From the sequence record OR594183: a stretch of DNA of 44,517 nt, one strand, 5' to 3'. Both the position numbers and the translations under genes were made by a program. The stretch comes from Escherichia phage vB_EcoM_SHAK7858. Below, one piece after another: positions 17,354-27,172 of the stretch. Position 1 is the first letter of the stretch, and each line of letters starts with the position of its first letter. The notes under the pieces were generated by a model. The model had not been told where the DNA came from and did not search any database. It saw nothing but the letters and a program-made list of their open reading frames with translations.

Positions 17354-18750
17354 TGAGCGACTTATACTTTCCACGTAGCCTTAAGCCGGTGGTATCAAAA
17401 GGCTACTCAATGACCAGACGTAACAACGTCTGGAGTGTAGATTTAGCCGGTGGCGGGGTGCGTCAGGGCCGTGACACGTATTACGACGTGTTCCCTGTTA
17501 GCGTAACCCTGATTACATCCGCAATGGGGCGACAGGCGTTTCTGTCGTTCCTCGAAAAAGTAGACGGCGGTGCGTCAAGTTTCTGGATGGCGCACGACTT
17601 CGGCATGGGCATTGAGGATTACCAGGTAACAATTACATCCACCATCGCGGAGTCCACCGAAGACGGCATTAACTGGACGATTACCTTCACGGCAACCGCC
17701 GAGAAATCGCCGTTCCAGGACCAAGAGAACCAGTGCCTGATTAACAATCTTCCAGATTTGTACGGTTGTTACGGGGATTGTCTGGGTAGTTTCCTGAAAA
17801 TATACGCGAACTACGAAACTACGTTCCCGCGCATCTGGAGCAATGAAGGGCCTGCCGGGTATCCACCGATTAACCTTCTGGCGTCGACTCTTGATAGCCG
17901 CATTGTTTACGATGGGCCACAGGTTTACTACATCAACAGAAATGGCAATCTTGTGCAGTCCGCCGCCAATGAATGGCCTCTTACGTTCATTGATGGTGTT
18001 GCGGTCGGGCGTGTGCCGCCAGAATCCACATCCAGCAATATCCTGATTAAATCGTCGAAATTATCTGACGCATCGTGGACTAAAACTAGAGCAACAGTGT
18101 CGGATGCAGTTGACGGATTTCTAAACGGTGGTACGTTCTCGCTAGTCCCGAACCAGACAAACGGCACCCATCTCGTATATCAATCGGTGTCTTCCGCTTT
18201 TGCGGAGGGTGATGTATACACTCTCAGTTACGTTGCTAAGGCATATGGTTATAATTATGCGAGACTTCGCGCCGCTGATGATGCTGGGTTTATCGCGGAT
18301 TGTGTTGCTAACTTATCGACAGGGGTTATTTACGCGGGCGCCCCCGGCAGCGATATAGCAGAGCTTGGCGATGGTTGGTATCGATTTACAGAAACGGTAG
18401 CTATACGCCAGGGCGGCGCATCTTCTCTGCTTTTAGCGTCATGGGTGTACAACAACTCCGCCGTTGTTTCATTTGTCGGTGACGGGGTTAGTGGGATATT
18501 AGTGTGCGCGATGCAAATAGAAAAATCACCTTTTGCCACGTCGCCAATAGTAACCGAATCGTCACCGGTAACCCGAACGACGGCATCGGCAAAAGTAGTA
18601 ATGAACGGTGCAACAAGCATTGATATTACATATTCAGACGGCTCTGTGGTAAACGTTCCGTCTGTTGACGGTTACGCCGCCATCCCTCAAGCAGACTCTG
18701 CGTGGGGAAGCAAGTACATCACCCGTATTGATTTTAATGTGGACAGTTAA
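17353..18750 (+). CDS. Minor tail protein (possible distal tail protein)
   Basis: Position immediately after the tape measure gene. Confidence 0.5.
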   Translation: MSDLYFPRSLKPVVSKGYSMTRRNNVWSVDLAGGGVRQGRDTYYDVFPVSVTLITSAMGRQAFLSFLEKVDGGASSFWMAHDFGMGIEDYQVTITSTIAESTEDGINWTITFTATAEKSPFQDQENQCLINNLPDLYGCYGDCLGSFLKIYANYETTFPRIWSNEGPAGYPPINLLASTLDSRIVYDGPQVYYINRNGNLVQSAANEWPLTFIDGVAVGRVPPESTSSNILIKSSKLSDASWTKTRATVSDAVDGFLNGGTFSLVPNQTNGTHLVYQSVSSAFAEGDVYTLSYVAKAYGYNYARLRAADDAGFIADCVANLSTGVIYAGAPGSDIAELGDGWYRFTETVAIRQGGASSLLLASWVYNNSAVVSFVGDGVSGILVCAMQIEKSPFATSPIVTESSPVTRTTASAKVVMNGATSIDITYSDGSVVNVPSVDGYAAIPQADSAWGSKYITRIDFNVDS

Positions 18751-18753
18751 CTT

Positions 18754-19269
18754 ATGAGCCAGGAATCAGTAGAAGCCGCCTATCGCCGTAAGCTGGCCTC
18801 CAACCCCGACGGCGAGATGGACTACATCACGTTGCAAATCAGCCACCCGTTGCTGTCTAAGACGTACTATCTTGTGCGCGGGTTACAGGAACTCACGGCA
18901 ACACTGGAGACAGGCGAAATTATCACGTTCGAGCCAACCCCGATGGAGGCGTCGGGGGCGGCTAACAACAGTGATATGGACCAGACGACTACGTTTACTT
19001 TACCGGATATTCTCAATCAACTTGACGATGAGATGGATAAAATCCCTATGAGTAACACCGAGTTGCCGAAGTTCGTCTTCCGTCGTTACGTCAGCACAGA
19101 CCTGTCTTATCCGGCTGACGGTCCTGTCATGTATGAGTTGCAGGCCATCAACCAGGAGAAGGGCGAGTTCTCCGCGGATGTTGGTACACCTATGCTGAAC
19201 CAGCGAAGCACTGGTATACTGATGACACCTAAAGAGATACCGTTATTACGCGGCCTGTTGACCACATGA
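18754..19269 (+). CDS. Minor tail protein
   Basis: Position in the tail-tip cluster. Confidence 0.45.
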   Translation: MSQESVEAAYRRKLASNPDGEMDYITLQISHPLLSKTYYLVRGLQELTATLETGEIITFEPTPMEASGAANNSDMDQTTTFTLPDILNQLDDEMDKIPMSNTELPKFVFRRYVSTDLSYPADGPVMYELQAINQEKGEFSADVGTPMLNQRSTGILMTPKEIPLLRGLLTT

Positions 19270-19631
19270 ATATTAACGACTACACGGGCATACCTTACGA
19301 CTTTCGCAAGCGCAATTGCTGGCATCACGTGCGCATTGTCCGCGCGGATGCCGGGTTAGAAACCCCTGCGTTCGACGTTACAAGCCCAACGGCAATTAAC
19401 GAAGCGTTTGACGAAGGCCACCGTGACACGAAGGGGCTTACAAAAATTGATAAGCCTGAAAACTTCTGCGCGGTGCTTATGGGTTATCGCCGCGGGGGTC
19501 GTATCGTGTGGCACGCTGGAGTTTACTTCGACGGGATGGTGAGTCATTGCGAGCTTGCATCCCGTCAGGTACGACTTGACCGGCTGGCGGACCTCAGAGA
19601 CACGTACACGGAGATTGAATTTTGGCGATAA
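19266..19631 (+). CDS. Tail assembly protein with NlpC/P60-like Cys-His signature (lambda gpK-like)
   Basis: NCWHHV and WHAGVYFDG...SHCE motifs; position before the J-like gene. Confidence 0.45.
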   Translation: MNINDYTGIPYDFRKRNCWHHVRIVRADAGLETPAFDVTSPTAINEAFDEGHRDTKGLTKIDKPENFCAVLMGYRRGGRIVWHAGVYFDGMVSHCELASRQVRLDRLADLRDTYTEIEFWR

Positions 19632-22189
19632 TCCTGCACTACACGCGAAATGCCGACGGGGCTTTCGACCGTACAAAACACGTCGGGATGCCGATAGATT
19701 TTGTCGTTAACCATATTCCTGACGGGGTGCCTGCGCGCGTCTACCTCGGCGAGATTGGCGATGATACTGATGTTACAGACGACTTCGAAGCGCTTAAAGA
19801 CGAAGACGCCGTGTATCATATTATAGAGGGTGCTGGCGGCGGCATCGGCGACGCTATCGGTAGTGTATTCAGTTTCATCCTTAAGCCAATTGCCAAATTG
19901 TTCGGGCTAAACACAGCAGCTAACGCTAATTATTCCGCTACCAACAATCAGGCTACGTCGCCTAACAACAGTCTTACCGACCGCTCAAACAAGCCACGAC
20001 CTTACGAGCGTTCTTATGATATCTGCGGGACAGTGCAGACCATCCCCAATGACCTGATGCAAACATATAAGGTGTTTAATGCCTCTGGGGTACTTATTGA
20101 ATATGCGTACTATGACGCCGGTCGAGGGTATCTGCATATTGAGGAAGACGGTGTAACTGAGGCAGATACCCGAATCAGCGAGATAACTGGCTCGTCGGTG
20201 GTGGTGTATTCCCCTTACACTTCGCCGAATAACACCAACGCCCCACAATTGCATATTGGCGACCCGATAGACCAGAAGTTGTACGTTACATTTAAGAATG
20301 CCGATGTCGATGGCGCTGTTCTTCCCGCACCTAATGACATTGCTATAGACGTGCAGGGCTACACCGTCCAACGGCAGGGAACAACCGGCGTTGTAGTAGG
20401 CGATGACGCTGGTTTCGATGAGTTTTTGGCGGTCGGAGACATGGCATATTTCGATAACGTATATGCAGACACAACCCCAGGGTCTTTAGGTAATGAGGTT
20501 AACCTGGACGGGGGGTACACTGTCCTTTCGGTTAGTGAAACCACGCTAACGGTAGATATCAGCCCTAATCAATCAGTATGGAACCAGCTAGGGACGTCTG
20601 TGTGGTTTATAGGTGAAGAGGGCAACCATCTTATAGGCCCGGCGGATACTTACGCGGCTTCCCTCTCTGAATGGGCGTACATCACCCGCGGAACCGTCGA
20701 CCGTGTTGTAGCCAATGTGGCTGCCAGCAACGGCATGTACAAATACAACGGCGACTATAACCGCGCTTCAGTGACAGTCGAACTGCAATACCAGATGGTA
20801 GATGAATTGAAACAGCCTGTAGGTGACATATTTACCGTACGAGGAACCGTAACAGGCCGGAACACGGATTACACAGGGATTACTCTTTACGGAAGTTTAC
20901 CAACTGCTTCCAGATTCCGCGCCCGTATGCGTCGTGTTTCGGACACCGATAAAGATTTTGAAGGTACTGTTAGCGACGAGGTTACTTTCACTAATCTGTA
21001 TGGGCAGTCGCTGGACACAACCCCCCACTACGGCAACCGTACTACCGTACACTGCGCCCGTAAACAAACCCCACGTGCAGCCGAGGTGTCCGAACCGGAA
21101 CTGCGCATGATTGCAACCGAGATGTGCTACAAATACTTAGGTAACGGCGTATTCGATACGGTAATGACACCGAACACTCAGGCCGTGCAGTCGCTAATCA
21201 GGCTGGCGCGTGACCCTGTGGTGGGTAATCTGGAACTGACAACGGCAAATATGGACAAGTTACTTGCCGTGCAGGAAGAAATTGAGTCGTATTTTGACAG
21301 TGAATTAGCCGGGCAGTTCTGCTACACATTCGACGACTACGACACAACCATGCAAGACATCGTTCAGACCATCGCGGAAGCCGTGTTTTGTACGGCATAC
21401 CGTAAAGGTGCTGATATTATGCTGCGATTCGACCGTCCTGTTGCGGGGCCTGAGATGGTTTTCACCCACCGCAGCAAAACGACCGGTACGGAGAAATGGA
21501 CGCGCACGTTCAACGATTCGACAACCTACGATAGCCTGTCGTTCTCGTACATTGACCCGGATACAAACGTACAGGAGACGATTTATATCCCGGAAGAACT
21601 CGGCGCGAACACCGAGGAGTACGAATCGAAGGGTGTACGTAACTATCAGCAAGCGTACTGGCTGGCGTGGCGTCGCTACCAGCGCAACACGTTAAGTAAA
21701 GTTGTCGTAGAGTTCGAAGCTACCGAAGAAGGCGCTCTCGCTACTCCCGGCGGCGTAATCAGTGTGGTTAAAGGCTCGCGTATCGCGCCGCAGGATGGTT
21801 ATGTTGTTGCCGTCAATGGCCTTACGCTGACGCTGTCTCAGCCTGTTACGTTTACTCCTGGTGATGACCATTCCATCATTCTTAAGAAGCGCGACGGCTC
21901 TGTGCAGAGTATTTCTGTTATCAAAGGAAGCCACGACCGCGAAGTGATTATGCTCTCCGCGCCGGAGGAGGCAATCTACACGGGGAATAGTGCGCTAAAA
22001 ACTGAGTTTTCATTCGGCAACGAAGCAAGGCATAATGCTCAGAAGATAGTTGTTTCTTCAATCGACCCCGGCGACGACCGCACGGTCAAGATTACGGGCT
22101 ACAACTATGATGACGGATTCTATAAATACGACGGCGTCGCGCCATACGGCAGCGGTTTCTCCGACGGATTCAGCAATGGTTTTAATTAA
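19622..22189 (+). CDS. Tail tip / host specificity protein (J-like central fibre)
   Basis: 855 aa ORF at the canonical position. ORF track opens at a TTG; the first in-frame ATG is at 19688. Confidence 0.6.
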   Translation: MAIILHYTRNADGAFDRTKHVGMPIDFVVNHIPDGVPARVYLGEIGDDTDVTDDFEALKDEDAVYHIIEGAGGGIGDAIGSVFSFILKPIAKLFGLNTAANANYSATNNQATSPNNSLTDRSNKPRPYERSYDICGTVQTIPNDLMQTYKVFNASGVLIEYAYYDAGRGYLHIEEDGVTEADTRISEITGSSVVVYSPYTSPNNTNAPQLHIGDPIDQKLYVTFKNADVDGAVLPAPNDIAIDVQGYTVQRQGTTGVVVGDDAGFDEFLAVGDMAYFDNVYADTTPGSLGNEVNLDGGYTVLSVSETTLTVDISPNQSVWNQLGTSVWFIGEEGNHLIGPADTYAASLSEWAYITRGTVDRVVANVAASNGMYKYNGDYNRASVTVELQYQMVDELKQPVGDIFTVRGTVTGRNTDYTGITLYGSLPTASRFRARMRRVSDTDKDFEGTVSDEVTFTNLYGQSLDTTPHYGNRTTVHCARKQTPRAAEVSEPELRMIATEMCYKYLGNGVFDTVMTPNTQAVQSLIRLARDPVVGNLELTTANMDKLLAVQEEIESYFDSELAGQFCYTFDDYDTTMQDIVQTIAEAVFCTAYRKGADIMLRFDRPVAGPEMVFTHRSKTTGTEKWTRTFNDSTTYDSLSFSYIDPDTNVQETIYIPEELGANTEEYESKGVRNYQQAYWLAWRRYQRNTLSKVVVEFEATEEGALATPGGVISVVKGSRIAPQDGYVVAVNGLTLTLSQPVTFTPGDDHSIILKKRDGSVQSISVIKGSHDREVIMLSAPEEAIYTGNSALKTEFSFGNEARHNAQKIVVSSIDPGDDRTVKITGYNYDDGFYKYDGVAPYGSGFSDGFSNGFN

Positions 22190-22201
22190 AGAGGACTCTA
22201 T

Positions 22202-24187
22202 ATGTCAAGCGGATGCGGTGACGTTTTAAGCCTGGCGGATTTACAAACCGTCAAGAAACACCAAATTTTTGAAGCCGAGGTTATCACCGGTAAATCCGGC
22301 GGGGTTGCTGGTGGCGCCGATATTGATTACGCGACCAACCCTGTTACCGGGCAGACCCAGAAGACGCTTCCTGCTGTGTTGCGTGATGCCGGTTTTTCTC
22401 CCGTATCGTGGGACTTTTCCACCGGCGGTACGTTAACAGTTAATGACCGCGACAAAGTGGTGTATGACCCCGTAAGCAAGACGTGGTACTCATATGCGGG
22501 TACGTTGCCGGTTGTTGTTCCCGCGAGTTTTAATCCAGTCGGTAACGCTAACTGGAAGCCGCAGACAGACCCAAATTTGCGTAATGATTTGGCGTCAAGT
22601 ACCGCCGGTTTAGGGGCTTCACTGGTGTCTTTTTCCAACGGTAACACCGTTGAAACATTATCTGACGCGGAAGGTGCCAAGAACATAGGCAGTGGCGAAA
22701 GGAGTTTGCTTGCACGTAACAATGATATTAAGCATTCTGGCGACTTTTCTACCCTTCAAGCCGCGGTAGATGCGTCGTTAACTAAAAACGACTTAATTGT
22801 TTCTCCGGGTGAGTATACAGAAGCAATCACTCTGGGTAGTAAGCAGATAAAAGGTGTAGGTGGTGCTGCAATATTAAAACCATCGGCAAACTATGCAAAT
22901 ACTGTACAGGTTAATTTATCCACCCCGCACTGGCAGTTTCGACACAGCGGTGGTTTTGCCGTAGATGGTACAGGTACAACTGGGGCCGTAGGTATTAGTT
23001 TTGACCCGTCAGACCAATATTCCGGACGTCATAATTTTAGTGATTTATACATCCACAACATCAACAAGGCCATTCAGAAGCCTTCCGGGAACATCGGCAA
23101 TACGTGGAGAAGTATTGGGGTATCTACGTGTGATTGGGGGTATTACGCGATTAGTGGCTCGGAGATGCATTGCGGGGCCGATACCCTCTACAATATCCAC
23201 TTCGACGGCATCTCCACCTATGCCGTCTACCTAAACGGTACTGTCGATAACGGCGGGATAGGCGGATGGTGGCTTAAAGACTCCATTATTGAGGCTTCCG
23301 GAGGCGGCGGGATATACTTAAAAAGCAAATCGGGTGACTGTCCTACATCTCCATGCGGGGTATCCAATGTATGGATGGAAGCTATTGCAACATCATCGGC
23401 TGTTCAGGTAGATGGCGTGGCGCAAAAACCGCGAGTTCTCAAGTTGGTAGACACCGCGATATTCTTTGCTGAGTATTCTTATCTCAACAACATCGAGCTA
23501 TCCAACTCCAACTTAGTAACTTATGGTTGCCGTTTTGACAACGCTAATGGTAATCAGGATATTGTAGTGGATGCACAAAGCACCATTGTAGCCCACGATG
23601 TGTATTTAAACGGCAGTTCTGGAAAGGACGTTATTGTAGAGTCTGTCGCGTCGCAATCCGCAACGATAGCCACTACAAACTTGTCTCTACGAGGAAATTT
23701 AACAAGGGGACGAGTGTTTAATACGCCGACGGGGAATAAGTTAAAAGCTATCACATTTGACTCAGGTAGCCATAATTTTTCTGGTAGCGGTACCGTTAAC
23801 GGTTCGACTGTATCTGACGGACTTCACGCCGCTACATGTACAGAATTTTCATTCCCTGGGTCCGGTTTATATGAAATGGTAGCGTCAAGAACGACACTTA
23901 CATCCGGTAGATGGTACGTGTGGGGCGTCAACTCTCGCCTCCAATCAGGAACAGCAGATGTGAGTATAACGTTAGGTATTACTATGGGTAGCGTTTATAC
24001 TAAGTCTGGTGAGTGGATTAGCACATTTGGGGTGGGTAAAGCTTCCGCTAACGGTACTGTAGGTCTGTACGTCTCTACTGGGGGAGGTTCAGGTGCTGTT
24101 ATCAGATTTAGTGACTTCTTCATCGCTGAGTTTACGACGCAGGCTCAGGCTTTAGCTTTCGCTAACTCCCGAATGTCGTTGGCTTAA
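22202..24187 (+). CDS. Tailspike or tail fibre protein (probable beta-helix receptor-binding protein)
   Basis: 661 aa, last gene of the tail module, Gly/Ser/Thr/Asn-rich repetitive central region typical of beta-helix spikes. Confidence 0.6.
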   Translation: MSSGCGDVLSLADLQTVKKHQIFEAEVITGKSGGVAGGADIDYATNPVTGQTQKTLPAVLRDAGFSPVSWDFSTGGTLTVNDRDKVVYDPVSKTWYSYAGTLPVVVPASFNPVGNANWKPQTDPNLRNDLASSTAGLGASLVSFSNGNTVETLSDAEGAKNIGSGERSLLARNNDIKHSGDFSTLQAAVDASLTKNDLIVSPGEYTEAITLGSKQIKGVGGAAILKPSANYANTVQVNLSTPHWQFRHSGGFAVDGTGTTGAVGISFDPSDQYSGRHNFSDLYIHNINKAIQKPSGNIGNTWRSIGVSTCDWGYYAISGSEMHCGADTLYNIHFDGISTYAVYLNGTVDNGGIGGWWLKDSIIEASGGGGIYLKSKSGDCPTSPCGVSNVWMEAIATSSAVQVDGVAQKPRVLKLVDTAIFFAEYSYLNNIELSNSNLVTYGCRFDNANGNQDIVVDAQSTIVAHDVYLNGSSGKDVIVESVASQSATIATTNLSLRGNLTRGRVFNTPTGNKLKAITFDSGSHNFSGSGTVNGSTVSDGLHAATCTEFSFPGSGLYEMVASRTTLTSGRWYVWGVNSRLQSGTADVSITLGITMGSVYTKSGEWISTFGVGKASANGTVGLYVSTGGGSGAVIRFSDFFIAEFTTQAQALAFANSRMSLA

Positions 24188-24192
24188 AACTA

Positions 24193-24226
24193 GGGCCCCT
24201 ATAGGGCCCCTAACGGGGCCTTTTCT
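24193..24226. terminator. GC-rich hairpin cluster with T-run between convergent late and replication blocks
   Basis: gggcccc-taac-ggggcc followed by ttttct; additional gggccc palindrome. Confidence 0.6.
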
Positions 24227-24364
24227 CTACTCTTCTGATAACTTCTCCAGTACAAACGCCAGTTGCGCATTAGCGGCGTCTCTTTGCTGACGTAGCCGCA
24301 GAACCTCTTCTTCGAGTTCCTTGATACGTTTTTGCAATGCCGGAATTGGGGCTATGATGTTCAT
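24227..24364 (-). CDS. Hypothetical small coiled-coil protein (45 aa)
   Basis: Uninterrupted frame with ATGA start/stop overlap with the upstream Toprim gene; Leu/Glu/Arg-rich heptad-like sequence. Confidence 0.35.
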   Translation of the reverse strand: MNIIAPIPALQKRIKELEEEVLRLRQQRDAANAQLAFVLEKLSEE

Positions 24365-24876
24365 CTGGTAAATTTCCTCGCAAGATACGTTATTTCTTCT
24401 TCACAAAGTTCATCAAGGTCGTTAGATACAAATCCTCTGGTGAATGTTTTGCTGAACTTTAATCCAGCTTTATCATTGTCGCCAGCGCACACCCAGTCAT
24501 ACGGCAAAAGTGACATTTGCTGCCGTAGGTCTGTTGATATATTTGACCCCAGTGCGCTTACAGCATTGAACCCGCAATTCATCAAGGCTACGGCTTTGAA
24601 TATGCTTTCGGTAACAAATACCACCCCGCTTCCCGGCAAATACTCAAGCCCCCATAAACACGGCCTTGTTGTTCTGGTAAAGTACCGCGCGTCTTTAGGG
24701 TTTTTACAGTTCTTTTCGGCATGTGGTTTGTAATGCTGGTATCCGCGAAGCCTACCGTCAAACCCCCACAGGTAAAACGTAGCTACTCCAGGGGCTAAGA
24801 CTACCTGGAGACGGTCAGCGTCAAACCCACGCGCCAGCAGATGAGCTTTAAGTAGAAACTCTTCGAAATCCATCAT
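24361..24876 (-). CDS. Toprim-domain protein
   Basis: Conserved Glu (VFVTES) and DxD (AGDNDKAG) arrangement typical of the Toprim fold. Confidence 0.5.
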   Translation of the reverse strand: MMDFEEFLLKAHLLARGFDADRLQVVLAPGVATFYLWGFDGRLRGYQHYKPHAEKNCKNPKDARYFTRTTRPCLWGLEYLPGSGVVFVTESIFKAVALMNCGFNAVSALGSNISTDLRQQMSLLPYDWVCAGDNDKAGLKFSKTFTRGFVSNDLDELCEEEITYLARKFTR

Positions 24877-26303
24877 TTCTTACCTCGTCTCTTCATGTAA
24901 TTAAGCAACTCTTCCTGTACCGATTTCTTCTCGTCGGTACGCGCGGCGACAACCTCGTCCAGAGTGTCTTTAGCAACGATGTGATAAAGGAACACCGGGC
25001 GCTCGTGACCCGCCTGTTTCTGGCGGACTGGGCCTATGCGCTCAACAACCTGCAAATAGTGCTCAAGGTTCCAGCCTTGCGAGATGAACGCCAGATGATG
25101 ACCCCCGTCCTGTAAATTCAAACCATGCCCGGCTGACGCAGGATGCACGCATAAAATCTCGATTTCCCCACGGTTCCACGCTTCCATCTGCTTGTTCCCC
25201 CTAGCGCCTTTGGCGAACGCCTGTGCCTGTGGGAATCGCTTAAGGATACGCTCCAGTTCGTGTTTAAACTGATAGGCTACCAGCAACGGCGCACCCTGCA
25301 ACTCCTCAACAATCGACTCGAGCGCATCCAGTTTCGTGTCGTGCACTTTCTCCCAGTCTTTGGTCGCTTCGCCATCCGGCCCTGACACATACACGGCACC
25401 AGATGCAATCTGCAAGCACTTTGAGGTCTTCGCCGCAGCGTTAGCCGCTTCAACTTCCCCGCTCTCCAGTTCTGCGAATAACTTCTCCTCCATATCTATG
25501 TACGCCTGACGCGCTTTCTTCGGCAGGTCTATTTCCACCGGTACGATAACAGGCGCTTCACAACCAAACCACTCGGCAGGGTCTATGGTCAGGCTGATGT
25601 CTTTCATCTTCTGATGAATCTCATTATCCGCACCCGGTCGTGCATGATACTCGCGGGCCATAGCCGATTTACCTTTCTGTACCGAGTTAAACCAGCGGTC
25701 TGTGAATGCCGTATACGAAGAGCCGAGGCGCTCGCCAGCGTCGATAAACCAGTTCTGACCCCACAAGTCTTTGAGGCCGTTTGGTGACGGTGTGCCCGTC
25801 AGGTTGATGAAACGCTTAACCTTTCCGAACGCGACCTTGCTGAGCGCCTTTGCCCGCTTGCTACCACCCGAACGGCTGCGGAACGATTTAAGCTTCGTGC
25901 TTTCATCGGCAACGATAACCGTAAAAGGCCAGTCGTCTTTGCCGTAGTAGTCAATTAGCCACTCGATAACTTCGTAGTTAGTGCACACCACGTTAGCATC
26001 TGACTCCAGCGCCGCGATGCGGCGCTTCTCCGAACCAGTTGCATCTACGACACGCAGACAAGGGAATTGCCATTTCTCTTGTTCAGCGGGCCACGTACCG
26101 GACGCAACACGTAACGGGGCAAGGATTAACACGCGGTCCTCTTCCGTAAGCTGCCCGTTGCGGAACAGGCGGTTGAGCACCCACATAGTGGAGGAGGTTT
26201 TACCTCCCCCCATTCCGCACCAGATATTACAGCGCGGGTGTTGCAGCATGAACGAAGTCATGAGCTTCTGGTACTCTCGACGGATAAATTTAGACATGTT
26301 CAA
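24873..26303 (-). CDS. SNF2-family DNA-dependent ATPase/helicase
   Basis: Walker A GMGGGKT, DExx-type box VIVADESTKLK, LTGTP motif. Confidence 0.8.
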   Translation of the reverse strand: MNMSKFIRREYQKLMTSFMLQHPRCNIWCGMGGGKTSSTMWVLNRLFRNGQLTEEDRVLILAPLRVASGTWPAEQEKWQFPCLRVVDATGSEKRRIAALESDANVVCTNYEVIEWLIDYYGKDDWPFTVIVADESTKLKSFRSRSGGSKRAKALSKVAFGKVKRFINLTGTPSPNGLKDLWGQNWFIDAGERLGSSYTAFTDRWFNSVQKGKSAMAREYHARPGADNEIHQKMKDISLTIDPAEWFGCEAPVIVPVEIDLPKKARQAYIDMEEKLFAELESGEVEAANAAAKTSKCLQIASGAVYVSGPDGEATKDWEKVHDTKLDALESIVEELQGAPLLVAYQFKHELERILKRFPQAQAFAKGARGNKQMEAWNRGEIEILCVHPASAGHGLNLQDGGHHLAFISQGWNLEHYLQVVERIGPVRQKQAGHERPVFLYHIVAKDTLDEVVAARTDEKKSVQEELLNYMKRRGKK

Positions 26304-26494
26304 TCCTTAACGTAGAGTACCAGCTCTTTACGCCCGAACGCGGTAACGTTGCCTGTTACATCTTCGATAACCAGTTTACCGTTCGACTCGACGAACACCG
26401 TATCAACGGCAACAGGGCGACGTGTCTTAACGTTGAAAATCATGTCGCCAGGTACGATGTCACGTGCTGGTTTACGGTCATATTCGTGTTTCAT
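26300..26494 (-). CDS. Hypothetical protein (64 aa)
   Basis: ORF with SD aagga, first gene after the promoter at 26528-26556. Confidence 0.45.
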   Translation of the reverse strand: MKHEYDRKPARDIVPGDMIFNVKTRRPVAVDTVFVESNGKLVIEDVTGNVTAFGRKELVLYVKD

Positions 26495-26524
26495 TTCTCA
26501 ATTCCTTATATTGTTGGTGTAAGG

Positions 26525-26809
26525 CTAACTATAATAGTTCGCTATTAGGTCGTCAACCTGTTTAAACGAACCAACGACAAAAACATTTGCACCGCGTTTA
26601 CGGAATCTTTCATGCTCGCGTAACTGGTGGGGGTCAGGCTTCGTGTTTTCGTCTTTCTTAATCTCGACGAACCAGATGATACCGCCGGGGAGAATTACCA
26701 GCAGGTCCATGGCGGCTCGCCGGCCTTCAAATGCCATCTTGCGAACGAGGCCGCCGATGGCCTCGAATTGCTCTTTTGCGTATTTCTGTATTTTGCCTTC
26801 CGGGGTCAT
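26525..26809 (-). CDS. VRR-NUC domain nuclease
   Basis: PD-(D/E)XK-like pattern D...EIK (DLLVILPGGIIWFVEIKK) in a 94 aa protein adjacent to an SNF2 helicase. Confidence 0.7.
   Translation of the reverse strand: MTPEGKIQKYAKEQFEAIGGLVRKMAFEGRRAAMDLLVILPGGIIWFVEIKKDENTKPDPHQLREHERFRKRGANVFVVGSFKQVDDLIANYYS
26528..26556 (-). promoter_or_regulatory. Sigma70-like promoter (TTGACG-N17-TATAGT) with embedded palindrome ATAATAG-N4-CTATTAG
   Basis: Read on the minus strand; overlaps the 3' end of the VRR-NUC coding region. Confidence 0.45.
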
Positions 26810-26958
26810 GAGCGCAGAACCCAGGTTATAAACGCTCCTCCGAGAACGGCAACGCCAACAAACTTAAAGAACAGGCCGTAACAGAACATCGCAGCTATTC
26901 CCGCGCCGAGTAACAGTGCGAGCATGGTTACTATGGTCCTAAATACAAACATTGTCAT
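26806..26958 (-). CDS. Hypothetical small membrane protein (50 aa)
   Basis: Uninterrupted frame, SD gaggggtg, ATGA coupling to the VRR-NUC gene, two hydrophobic segments. Confidence 0.35.
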   Translation of the reverse strand: MTMFVFRTIVTMLALLLGAGIAAMFCYGLFFKFVGVAVLGGAFITWVLRS

Positions 26959-27040
26959 AATACACACCCCTCACGTTTCGTATGCTCAATCCCGCAGCGC
27001 GGACAGATTCGGCAGTCTTCTTCGTATAACCAGTAAATTT

Positions 27041-27172
27041 TCATTCCAGCACCCACAGATAAATTGCTACTAACATACCCAATACGGCGACCATCATGCC
27101 GTATCGGCCCTCGTGACAGTAGACAACTGCGGCGAATCCCGCCAGTACCGCGATAATCAGTTTACTTAGCAT
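27041..27172 (-). CDS. Hypothetical small membrane protein (43 aa)
   Basis: Uninterrupted frame overlapping the 3' end of the polymerase gene; hydrophobic. Confidence 0.3.
   Translation of the reverse strand: MLSKLIIAVLAGFAAVVYCHEGRYGMMVAVLGMLVAIYLWVLE

Noticed and set aside
22202-24187. Naming the tailspike as a specific known enzyme (P22-type endorhamnosidase or endosialidase)
   Set aside because: The sequence does not match what I recall of those proteins; only a generic beta-helix tailspike call is supportable without a search.
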